Assembly: GCA_021783355.1 (NCBI GenBank)
Contig: JAJXTZ010000003.1
Span: 1-41,018 of the forward strand
Reading direction: 5' to 3'
From: a bacterium
GTDB taxonomy: Bacteria; Elusimicrobiota; Elusimicrobia; UBA1565; UBA9628
DNA length: 41,018 bases
The notes beneath the pieces were generated by a model. The model was not told where the DNA came from and did no database searches. It worked only from the letters and a program-made list of their open reading frames with translations. Position 1 is the first letter of the stretch. Each line of letters begins with the position of its first letter. Positions 17,016-25,481 of this stretch are shown here, piece after piece. The position numbers and the translations under genes were made by a program.

Positions 17016-18176
17016 ATGGCTGAATCGAAAACGAAGGCGAAAACGGACGCGCTGAAAGCGCGATTGGGCGCCCTGAAGGGTCTGGGGGAATTGTTCCTCG
17101 GTCCGCGGGACGTCGTGGCCGTCGACGTCGGGAGCTACGCGGTGAAGGTGGCGCTGCTGAAGCAGGAGGGCCCCTTCCTGCAGCTGAAAGCGTGGGGCCA
17201 TCTTCCCATCGGCGCCAAAGCCGAGGCGTCTCCCGACGAGCGCCGCGCCGCGGTCGTCAACTCCCTGCGGGCGTTCCTGATCGAGAAGGGCGTCAAAGTC
17301 CGCGAGGCCGCCACCTCCCTCTCCGGCAACGCGGTGATCGTGCGCTACGTGAAGTTCCCGCGCCTGACCCGGACCGAGCTGCAGGCCACGCTGGCCACCG
17401 AAGCCGAGCCCTTTATCCCTTTCGACATCAACGAAGTCCAGCTCGGCTTCCACATCCTCAGCGAGATCGTCGAGGAAGGCCAGAAAAAGATGGAGACCGT
17501 CCTGGTCGCCGCGAAGAAGGACCTGGTGTCCGCCCGCCTGGACGTCCTCCAGGGGGCGGGCTTCACTCCGGCGATCGTCGACGTGGACAGCTTCGCCCTG
17601 GAGAACGTCCACGAGAAGATCCGCGACCCCAAGGAGGGGCCGGGGGCGACCCTTTACCTTAATATCGGCCACATGGTGACCAATCTCTCCATCATCGAGA
17701 ACGGGGTGACGCGCGTCGTGCGCGACGTGTTCATCTCCGGGCAGACGATGACCAAGGCGATCGCCAAGGCCTTCCAGTGCGAGCCCGCGAAGGCCGACGA
17801 GCTCAAGAAGATCTTCGGCGTGATCGTGGACCCGGCCGAGAAGGAGAAGGCCCTGGCCGACGGCAACCGCGAGGCGCTCGGCGTCTCCCAGGCCATCGGG
17901 CAGGTCGCGCGCGACCTGGTCGGCGAGGTGCACCGTTCGGTGGATTTTTACCTGTCCCAGGGTCCGGACCGGGCGATCGGCCGCATCGTCCTGTCCGGGG
18001 GCTCGGCTCGGACCAAGAACCTGGACAAGCACCTGGCCGGGGAGCTCAAGGTCCCGGTGTCCGTCCTGGACCCGTTCTCGTTCGTTCGAGGCGCGGAGAC
18101 CGTTCCGGAGGAGCTCCGGTCCTCCTTCGGAGTGGCGGTGGGACTGGCCCTGCGCCGCAACCGGGATTGGGAATAG
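17016..18176 (+). CDS. pilM: Type IV pilus assembly protein PilM
   Basis: Actin-like fold: VAVDVGSYAVKV, EAEPFIPFDINEV, VLVAAKK, IVDVDSFAL, LNIGH, EVHRSVDFY, LSGGSA, AVGLALR. Confidence 0.95.
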   Translation: MAESKTKAKTDALKARLGALKGLGELFLGPRDVVAVDVGSYAVKVALLKQEGPFLQLKAWGHLPIGAKAEASPDERRAAVVNSLRAFLIEKGVKVREAATSLSGNAVIVRYVKFPRLTRTELQATLATEAEPFIPFDINEVQLGFHILSEIVEEGQKKMETVLVAAKKDLVSARLDVLQGAGFTPAIVDVDSFALENVHEKIRDPKEGPGATLYLNIGHMVTNLSIIENGVTRVVRDVFISGQTMTKAIAKAFQCEPAKADELKKIFGVIVDPAEKEKALADGNREALGVSQAIGQVARDLVGEVHRSVDFYLSQGPDRAIGRIVLSGGSARTKNLDKHLAGELKVPVSVLDPFSFVRGAETVPEELRSSFGVAVGLALRRNRDWE

Positions 18177-18179
18177 GCG

Positions 18180-18728
18180 ATGATCAAGGTCAACCTCGTC
18201 CCCGCGGAGATCCTGGCCAAGGCGCGCCAGCGGCAGCTCCTGCTCCAGGCTTCCCTGTTGGGCGGCCTGCTGGTCATCGCGATGGCGCTGGTCTCGGTCG
18301 GACATTGGTTCGGCCTGCACCAGCTCAACAACGAGTACAAATACAAGGAATCCACCCTGCAGAAGCTCTCGGCGATCGTGTCCAAGGTGGAGGAGCTCGA
18401 GAAGGCGTCCAGCGCGGTGCGCGCCCGGCTGGGCGTCATCGACAGCCTGCTCAAGGGGCGCGCGTTCTATCCCCTGTTCTTGTCGGAATTCGCCGGCACC
18501 GTGCCCCCGGGCGTGACCGTCACGAACGTGACGACGGCCGTCCAGCCCGACGGGTCCTTGACGCTGGCCATCACCGCGACCGCCGGCAACAACGACGACA
18601 TCGCCGCCTGGCTGAGGACCCTGGGCGCCGACACCCATTTCTCGAAAGTGGAACTAGGGGCCGTCCACGCCAGCGGCAAGGACCGCTACGGATTCTCCAT
18701 CGGCGTCGGCTACGCGCTCAAGCTCTGA
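18180..18728 (+). CDS. pilN: Type IV pilus assembly protein PilN
   Basis: MIKVNLVP (INLLP-like motif), TM helix, coiled coil. Follows pilM. Confidence 0.9.
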   Translation: MIKVNLVPAEILAKARQRQLLLQASLLGGLLVIAMALVSVGHWFGLHQLNNEYKYKESTLQKLSAIVSKVEELEKASSAVRARLGVIDSLLKGRAFYPLFLSEFAGTVPPGVTVTNVTTAVQPDGSLTLAITATAGNNDDIAAWLRTLGADTHFSKVELGAVHASGKDRYGFSIGVGYALKL

Positions 18729-18729
18729 C

Positions 18730-19275
18730 ATGGCCATCAAACTCACGAAGGAACAGCAGCAGTACGCGGGCGCGGGAGCGATCCTGTTCGCCATGCTGGG
18801 CTTCGTCTACGTGAAATTCTTCTGGCTGCCGATCTCCGAGAAGAAGGACGCCCTGACCGACCAGATCCAGCAGATCGACGGCAAGATCGCCAAAGCCAAG
18901 GCCGAGGCCTCCCGGCTCCAGCGCCTGCAGGACGAGCTTTCCACGCTGAACCGGCAGGCCGGCGAGGCCGAGAAGCGCCTGCCCAAGAGCAAGTCCGTGC
19001 CGGACATTCTGGTGTCCCTGTCGCGCTTGGCCGACCGCTACCACGTCTCGATCATCAGCTTCTCCCCGGGCCCCGAGAAGGCCCAGCAGTACTTCATCGA
19101 GCTCAGCTATCCGATGACTGTCCTGGGCACCTATCACGACGTCGGGCGCTTTCTGGCCGCGATCGCTTTGGAGGAGCGCATCTACAACGTGCGCGGCATC
19201 ACGCTCCCCGCCCCGGACTCCTCGGGCCGGATGACGGTGACGTTCACTCTCCTCTCTTACCAGTACAAAGGATGA
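18730..19275 (+). CDS. pilO: Type IV pilus assembly protein PilO
   Basis: TM helix and coiled coil, LPKSKSVPDIL, GTYHDVGRFL, LEERIYNV. Confidence 0.9.
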   Translation: MAIKLTKEQQQYAGAGAILFAMLGFVYVKFFWLPISEKKDALTDQIQQIDGKIAKAKAEASRLQRLQDELSTLNRQAGEAEKRLPKSKSVPDILVSLSRLADRYHVSIISFSPGPEKAQQYFIELSYPMTVLGTYHDVGRFLAAIALEERIYNVRGITLPAPDSSGRMTVTFTLLSYQYKG

Positions 19276-19754
19276 CCGCCCTCCTCGCCGCCGCCCTGCT
19301 CAGCGTCTCCGCCGCGGCCGCCGCGCCGGCGCCCCGGCCCGCGCCCGCGGGGCCGGTCGTCTCGACCCAGGCCCTCGCGGGCCTGAGCCTGAGCACCTAC
19401 ACGGTCTCGACCCTGTACACCGGGGACCGGTACCGCGACCCGTTCCTGGCGTCCTCCGCCGGCGGGGCCCGGGTCGCGCGCCGGACGGAGGGGCCGACGC
19501 AGGTGGACATCCACTCGCTGCAGCTCCACGGCATCATGCAGGACTCCTCCAGCGCGTTCGCCCTCTTCAGCGCGGACGACGGCACGACCTTGATCCTCCG
19601 CGGCGGCCGTCTGTACGACCCCGCGAACAAGCTCGTTCCCGGCATCACCGGCCACATCTGGATCAAGCGCAGGCGCGCCGACCTGATCACGGCCGACAAG
19701 GACGTTCAGATTTACAGCCTCGGCGCGGCCGACGGCGGCGACGAGGCGAAATGA
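19272..19754 (+). CDS. pilP: PilP-like pilus assembly protein
   Basis: RDPF motif and LQLHGIM beta-domain, located between pilO and pilQ. Has a signal peptide but no cysteine or lipobox. Confidence 0.7.
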   Translation: MTALLAAALLSVSAAAAAPAPRPAPAGPVVSTQALAGLSLSTYTVSTLYTGDRYRDPFLASSAGGARVARRTEGPTQVDIHSLQLHGIMQDSSSAFALFSADDGTTLILRGGRLYDPANKLVPGITGHIWIKRRRADLITADKDVQIYSLGAADGGDEAK

Positions 19755-19786
19755 ACCGAGCCAAGGACGGCCTGCGGGAGACGACC

Positions 19787-22045
19787 ATGACCACGCGTGA
19801 CCTTTTGAAGAAGACGACGGCGGCGCTGCTCGCGGCGGCGCTGCTCGTCCCGCAAGGGGCCGTCGCCGCGGCCGCGGCCGAGGCGGCCGCCCCGGTCAAG
19901 AGCGCCGCGAAGCCCGCGGCGGTCAAGGCCGGCCCGGTCCTTGCCGTCTACGACGGCGTCGCGGTGAGCGACGACTTCGTCGCCGTCCGTCTGAGCAGCG
20001 CGGTGCCCTACAACAGCTTCCTGACCCGCACCCCTCCCCGCCTGGTTCTGGAGCTCCTCGACACCAGGCACGCGGCGAGGGTCCGTTCCGTCCCCGGCAA
20101 GGGCAAGTACCTGCTCCGCGTCCGCTCGGCGCAGTTCGAGCGCTCGCCGCGCATGATCACCCGCGTCGTGCTGGACCTGGCCCGCCTGGCGGGCTACAAG
20201 GTCGAGGCGATGAAGGGCGGCCTCGGCGTCCGGCTGATCGGCGGCGCGGACGAGGCCTCCGCGCCCGCTGCGGCGGCGAAGACGGCGGCCGCCCCGGTCG
20301 CCGCGCCGGAACCGACGGCCGCATCGCGGCCGGCGTCCATCCTGACGAAGCCGGCGCCCCAGCCGGCCGTCGCCCGCGCGCCCGCTCCGGTCCCCGCCGC
20401 CAAGCCGACGGCGGCCGCTCCGGCGATCGCGCCCAAGCCCGTGGCCGCCGCTCCCAAGCCCAAGCCCGCGCCCGCCGTCGCCCGCGCGGCGGCTCCCGCG
20501 CGTCCCGTCGTGAAGATCCCGGCGCCGGTTCGGGAACCCGCGGCCGCGGCGCCCGCGCCGAAGCATCCTCGCGACGGATCCGCGATGGCGGCGTTCCGCC
20601 GCGCCGGTCTCGTCGGGCGCATGAACACCGAGCTGGCCGCGGCCGTCCAGGCCGAGGACGCCAGCAAGGGGGCGGTCAAGATCCCGGCCGGGGACGATTC
20701 CAGTTCCGAGGGCGAGCGCCGGCTCGGCGGCCGCATCTACCGCGACCTGCTCAGCCGCCTGCCGAAGGACCGGGTCTCCCTGGACTTCGACAACACCGAC
20801 ATCCGCGACGTCCTCAAGCTGATGGCGGCCAAGGCGCGCATCAACATCATCTACGGCCCGGACGTCACCGGAACGCTCTCCCTGCACCTGACGCGCGTCC
20901 CCTTCGACGACGCCTTCCGCACGGTCCTGTCCATGATGGGGCTGACCACCGACCAGGTGGGCAGCAGCGTCCTGCGCGTGATCACCCCCGCGGCCCTGAC
21001 CGCGCAGCGCACCTCCGGGAGCGCGATCACGAAGGTCATCCCGCTCAACTACGCGAAGGCCTCGGACGTGAAGACGACCATCGACCAGGTGCGCACGGCC
21101 GAGGGGCGCACCGGCTCCTCGAGCGTGGACGCGAAGACCAACTCGATCATCGTGACCGAGTCGCTGGAGGGGCTGGCCGCCACGCAGAACCTCATCGCCC
21201 AGCTCGACCAGCGGCCGCGCCAGGTCCTCATCGAGGCCAAGCTCATCGAGGTCAACGAGAACTCCGGCTTCAACTACGGCATCCAGTGGGACGCCTTCAG
21301 CCAGGAGTCGGGCGCGATCGGCGGCAAGCAGGGCACCACGCTGATCGGATCGTCCGCGGGCCTCATCGGCCCGGCGCTCAACAACCCGCTCAACGGGAAC
21401 GCGATCCAGACCAACGTGACCGCGGCCGGCGGCGTCGGGGCCGGCGGCCGGGGCACCGGCGTGAACCTGGCCGCGGACAAGATCTTCGGCGCGCTGACCT
21501 TGGGCCGGATCACCAACAACTACCTGCTCAACGCGACCATCACGGCCGCGGCCTCGGAGGGCAAGGCCAAGGTGCTCTCGGACCCGAAGATTACCACCCT
21601 CAACAACCAGGCGGCCAACATCAACGTCACCACGCAGATCCCGTACGTGACCTCGAACGTGGCCTCGACCGGGGTGACGACCCAGCAGGTCTCGTACGTG
21701 ACGACCGGCATCCAGCTGACGGTGACGCCCAGCATCAACGCCGACGGGCGCATCCTGCTGCAGATCAACCCGAACGTCAGCCAGCCGTCGGTCACCGCCG
21801 CGGGCAGCTCGCTCACCGGCGCGCCGGCCGTGGACTCGCGCAACGCCAACACCACGGTCCTCGTGCGCGACGGCGAGACCATCGTCATCGGCGGCTTGAT
21901 CAGCGACAGCCTGCAGGACACCATCGCGAAGATCCCGCTCCTCGGGGACATCCCGATCCTGGGCTGGCTCTTCAAGAAAAAGTCCAAGACTCGCGTGCGC
22001 AACGAGCTGCTGATCTTCGTCACGACGCGCATCCTCCCCGACTGA
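19787..22045 (+). CDS. pilQ: Type IV pilus secretin PilQ
   Basis: Signal peptide, AMIN-like domain (PPRLVLEL, RSAQF, TRVVLDL), Ala/Pro linker, VSLDFDNTDIRDVL, QVLIEAKLIEV, GETIVIGGL, KIPLLGDIPILGWLF, ELLIFVT. Start 19787 has a GGGAG RBS; an alternative ATG is at 19751. Confidence 0.96.
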   Translation: MTTRDLLKKTTAALLAAALLVPQGAVAAAAAEAAAPVKSAAKPAAVKAGPVLAVYDGVAVSDDFVAVRLSSAVPYNSFLTRTPPRLVLELLDTRHAARVRSVPGKGKYLLRVRSAQFERSPRMITRVVLDLARLAGYKVEAMKGGLGVRLIGGADEASAPAAAAKTAAAPVAAPEPTAASRPASILTKPAPQPAVARAPAPVPAAKPTAAAPAIAPKPVAAAPKPKPAPAVARAAAPARPVVKIPAPVREPAAAAPAPKHPRDGSAMAAFRRAGLVGRMNTELAAAVQAEDASKGAVKIPAGDDSSSEGERRLGGRIYRDLLSRLPKDRVSLDFDNTDIRDVLKLMAAKARINIIYGPDVTGTLSLHLTRVPFDDAFRTVLSMMGLTTDQVGSSVLRVITPAALTAQRTSGSAITKVIPLNYAKASDVKTTIDQVRTAEGRTGSSSVDAKTNSIIVTESLEGLAATQNLIAQLDQRPRQVLIEAKLIEVNENSGFNYGIQWDAFSQESGAIGGKQGTTLIGSSAGLIGPALNNPLNGNAIQTNVTAAGGVGAGGRGTGVNLAADKIFGALTLGRITNNYLLNATITAAASEGKAKVLSDPKITTLNNQAANINVTTQIPYVTSNVASTGVTTQQVSYVTTGIQLTVTPSINADGRILLQINPNVSQPSVTAAGSSLTGAPAVDSRNANTTVLVRDGETIVIGGLISDSLQDTIAKIPLLGDIPILGWLFKKKSKTRVRNELLIFVTTRILPD

Positions 22046-22049
22046 GCGC

Positions 22050-23516
22050 GTGCTCGCGGTCCTGGTCGGCGTCCAGCTGGCGGCGGGACTGCTGCTGCGG
22101 GGCGCCTGGGACCTGTGGGCGCAGTCGGCCGTCCTCCTCCTGCTGATCGCCGGGACGGCCGTCTGGCTGATGCTGGGCTTGGCGCGCGGGCGCGTCCCGC
22201 TGCCCTCCTCGCGGCCGGCGGCGTGGGCCGCCGCGTTGATCCTGCTGTCCCTCGTCTCGGCGCGCTTCGGCGCCGTCCCCGTCTACTCCCTGCCCGCCTG
22301 GGCCGCGGCGGCGGCGGGGCTGTGGCTGATCCCCGCGGCGACCCTCTTGTCGCCGCGCGACCGCGACTGGGTCGAGGAGGCGGTGCGCGCCGCCGCGTGG
22401 CTGCTGGTCCTTCTGGCCGTCTATCAGCGCCTGCACGGCGAGCCGCGTCCGCCGTCGGCTCTGCTCAATCAGAACGTCTTCGCCGGAGCGATCCTGCTCC
22501 TGCTCCCGGTCTCGGTGCGGCGGGGCGACGGCTTCCTCGCCGCGGGCCTGCTGCTCTGCCTGTGGTGGACCCGCTCGGTCGGGGCGTGGCTCGGGCTGGC
22601 GGGGGCGCTGCTCCTGCACCGCCGCGCGGTCGGGGCGGCGGCGTTCTGGGCCGGCGCGGCGGCCGGTCTCGCCGGCCTCATCGCGGCGTACGCCAAGCTC
22701 CAGTCCCCCGAGGTCCTCCATCGCCTGGCCTGGTGGTCCGCGGCCTGGCGGATGTCGGCGGGAGCGCCGTGGCTGGGCCTGGGACCCGGGTCCTACGCCT
22801 ATGCCCTGCCCGCCTTCGTCGCCGTGCGCCCGGAGCTGTATTCGCTGTTCGCCCATCAGCATTTTCTCGAGACCGCGGCCGAGCGGGGCTGGCCGTATCT
22901 TCTTCTCTGGGTCGCGGGGCTGGCCGCCCTCCTGCGCCGGGCGGAGCCCGGCAAGCGCTTCGGGCCGGTCGCGATCCTGATCCACGGCCTCTTCGACTAC
23001 GCCCTGAGCGTGCCCGGCGTCTTCTGGCTCTTCTGCCTGTCCTTGGCCTGGTCCCTGCCGCAGTCGAACGAGGCCGAGCCGCTGCGCGCCGGGCGCAAAT
23101 TGCCGGCGGCCGCGCTGACCCTCTTGCTCGCCGTCGGGGCGTCGTCGTGGGTGCTGGGCAACTGGCGCGCCGACCGCCTGCGCGCGCGCGCCGCGGCGGC
23201 CCTCTCGAGCGGAGGCGACCCCGCGGCGGCGGAGGCGGACCTGCGCGCCTCCGAGGCCGTGCGTCCGGACCCGGAGGCATCGCGCCTGCTCGCGATCCTG
23301 GCGCTGTCGCGCGCCGCGCGCAGCCCCGAGCCGCGCCGCGACTTGGAGAGCGCGGCCGGGGACTTGGAGCGCGCCGCGGCGCTGGATCCGTACCGCGCGT
23401 CCAATTGGAGCCTCCTGGAGGCCGTGTACCGCAAGATGGGCCGCCCGGGCGCCGCGCGCGAGGCCCTCGAGCGCGGCGCGCGCACCTGTCCGTCCCTGCG
23501 CGCGGAAGGGGCATGA
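22050..23516 (+). CDS. O-antigen ligase / O-oligosaccharyltransferase (Wzy_C) family membrane protein with C-terminal TPR-like helices
   Basis: Multiple TM helices, NQNVFAG, RLAWW..AWRM..APWLGLGPGSY and AHQHFLETAAERG (HxHN-like). TPR-like tail LERAAALDPY. Confidence 0.75.
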   Translation: MLAVLVGVQLAAGLLLRGAWDLWAQSAVLLLLIAGTAVWLMLGLARGRVPLPSSRPAAWAAALILLSLVSARFGAVPVYSLPAWAAAAAGLWLIPAATLLSPRDRDWVEEAVRAAAWLLVLLAVYQRLHGEPRPPSALLNQNVFAGAILLLLPVSVRRGDGFLAAGLLLCLWWTRSVGAWLGLAGALLLHRRAVGAAAFWAGAAAGLAGLIAAYAKLQSPEVLHRLAWWSAAWRMSAGAPWLGLGPGSYAYALPAFVAVRPELYSLFAHQHFLETAAERGWPYLLLWVAGLAALLRRAEPGKRFGPVAILIHGLFDYALSVPGVFWLFCLSLAWSLPQSNEAEPLRAGRKLPAAALTLLLAVGASSWVLGNWRADRLRARAAAALSSGGDPAAAEADLRASEAVRPDPEASRLLAILALSRAARSPEPRRDLESAAGDLERAAALDPYRASNWSLLEAVYRKMGRPGAAREALERGARTCPSLRAEGA

Positions 23517-25477
23517 GCCGCGAGGCCGGGCCCGGCCCGGAGGCCGTCGCGGCCGCGGCGCTGGCCGGGGCCGTCGCCCTCTTCTTCGCCCCGCTCTGGC
23601 TGGCCGGCCGCAGCCCGTTCTGGGGGGACCTGACCTACCTGCACCAGGCCTGGCGCGCGTCGCCGGCCCAGCAGATCCAGGCCGGGCGGCCGCCGCTGTG
23701 GGAGCCGTCCTTGTACCTGGGCATGCCGATGGCGGCCTCCCAGCAGGGCGGCCTGTTCTATCCGCTGACCGTGCTGTACTACCTCTTCGGCTTCGCGACG
23801 GCCACGGCTCTGTTCCAGGCCCTGCACTACTTCCTCGCCGCCTGGCTCACCGCGCTGTGGCTGCGCTCGCTGCGCCTGTCGTGGGGCGCCAGCGCCGGGG
23901 GCGGGCTCTCGCTCGCCTTCGGCGGGGTGATGATCAGCCGCCTGCCGTTCCTGAACCACCTGGCGGTCCTGGCCTGGGCGCCCGCGCTGGCCTTGCTCTT
24001 CCGCCGCCCGGCCGCTCTGGCCGGAGTCTTGTCGTTGATGTTCCTGGCGGGATATCCGGCGTTCCTGCCGGGCGCGGCGGCCGCGGCCTGGGGGCTGGCG
24101 CTGGCCCTGCGCGCGCGGGGCGCGCCAGGACCCGCGTCCTGGGCGCGGGCCTGGACCGGGGCCGCGGCGCTGGCTCTGGCGCTGTGCGCCGTCCAGCTCT
24201 GGCCCGCGCTGGAGCTGGCGCTGCGCTCGCACCGCGCGGCGGGGCTGGCTCCGGAGGAGATCCTGCGCTGGGGCTTCTCCCCGGCGGACCTGCGCCAATG
24301 GGTGTCTCCGTTCCTGGTTCCCCTCTCGCGCTTCCGCCCCGCCGTCGAGTGGTGGAAGTGCGTCTATCTCGGCCTCGCCGCTTCGGCCGCGGCCGCGTGG
24401 GGGCTGGCCCTCCTGCCGCGCCGCCGCGCGGCGGGACTGGCGCTCCTGCTGACGGCGACGGCCGTGCTCATCCTCGGCGGCTCCGACCCGCTCTCGCGTC
24501 TGCTGTGGACGGCGCCGGGCAGCCCCCTGCGCCTGGTGCGCTACCCGGGCAACCTGTCCTACCTGGCGCTGCTGCCGCTGGCCGCGCTCGTCGGCGCCGG
24601 GCTGTCGCGCGCGCGTCTCGCGCCGGCGTGGACCGCGCTGATGCTGGCGGAGTTGGCCGTGTTCGGCTGGCGCTCCACGCCGACCGCGCCGCGCGCCCTC
24701 TTCACCGACGCCGGGCCGCTGGTGCGCGACCTGCAGGCGCGCCAGGACGGAGCGCGCTACCTGATCTCCCCGCGCGCGCTGGAGGCCTCCCGCGGCCGCG
24801 GCGTCGCGGACTGGAAGACGCGCCTCTACGGCCTGACCAACGCGCCTTACCGCCTGCGTTCCGTCGGGAACTTCGGCGAGCCCTTGGTCCCGCAGTCGAA
24901 CTACGAGTTCATGGACCGCGTGTACCGCGCGCGGGACGCCGCGGAGGCGGCCGCGTGGATGCCGTGGGCGGGAGCCTCGCGCCTGCTCACCCCGGAGCCC
25001 CCGCCGCCCACGCCGCTGCTCGTCCCCGAGGGGCGCGAGCTCTGGAGCGTCTCGCGCTCCGCGCGTCCCGTCGCGCTGGCCTATCTGCTGTCCCCGGAGG
25101 CGGGCGCGGCCCTGCCCGCGGCCCTGCCCGCCGCCGCGCCGCGTCCCGAGGGCGCGCCGCTCGCCGAGGTCCGCCCGCGCGCGGACCGCTTTTCGGTCTC
25201 CGGGGAGGGCGCCGGCTGGGTCTTCCTCGCCGAGCCGCGCTATCCGGGCTGGCGGGCGACCCTCGAGACGCCGCGCGGCGAGGGTCGCGTCCGACCCCTG
25301 CCCGCCTTGGGGCCTTTCCAAAAAGTCCCCGTCCCCGAGGGGCCTTGGACCCTGCGCTTCCGGTACGATCCCGCGTCGTGGCGCGGCGGCGTCCTCGTCA
25401 CCCTGCTCGCGTTGCTGGCCTTCGGCGGGTATTGGTATGATGGCCTCGTTCGCGGCGACGCCGGCGCGATCATCTGA
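23513..25477 (+). CDS. YfhO-family (GT-C fold) membrane glycosyltransferase, copy 1
   Basis: Start MSREAGP (ATG 23513, ATGA overlap). GDLTY..GRPPLWEPSLYLGMP..FYP, many TM helices, C-terminal LAEPRYPGWRA..LRFRYDP. Confidence 0.75.
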   Translation: MSREAGPGPEAVAAAALAGAVALFFAPLWLAGRSPFWGDLTYLHQAWRASPAQQIQAGRPPLWEPSLYLGMPMAASQQGGLFYPLTVLYYLFGFATATALFQALHYFLAAWLTALWLRSLRLSWGASAGGGLSLAFGGVMISRLPFLNHLAVLAWAPALALLFRRPAALAGVLSLMFLAGYPAFLPGAAAAAWGLALALRARGAPGPASWARAWTGAAALALALCAVQLWPALELALRSHRAAGLAPEEILRWGFSPADLRQWVSPFLVPLSRFRPAVEWWKCVYLGLAASAAAAWGLALLPRRRAAGLALLLTATAVLILGGSDPLSRLLWTAPGSPLRLVRYPGNLSYLALLPLAALVGAGLSRARLAPAWTALMLAELAVFGWRSTPTAPRALFTDAGPLVRDLQARQDGARYLISPRALEASRGRGVADWKTRLYGLTNAPYRLRSVGNFGEPLVPQSNYEFMDRVYRARDAAEAAAWMPWAGASRLLTPEPPPPTPLLVPEGRELWSVSRSARPVALAYLLSPEAGAALPAALPAAAPRPEGAPLAEVRPRADRFSVSGEGAGWVFLAEPRYPGWRATLETPRGEGRVRPLPALGPFQKVPVPEGPWTLRFRYDPASWRGGVLVTLLALLAFGGYWYDGLVRGDAGAII

Positions 25478-25481
25478 CCAC

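Noticed and set aside
20240-20570. GC-rich quasi-repeats in pilQ (and in skp 6500-6815) as tandem repeats or a CRISPR array
   Set aside because: These are in-frame low-complexity Ala/Pro codons with no fixed repeat unit or spacers, and no cas genes are present.
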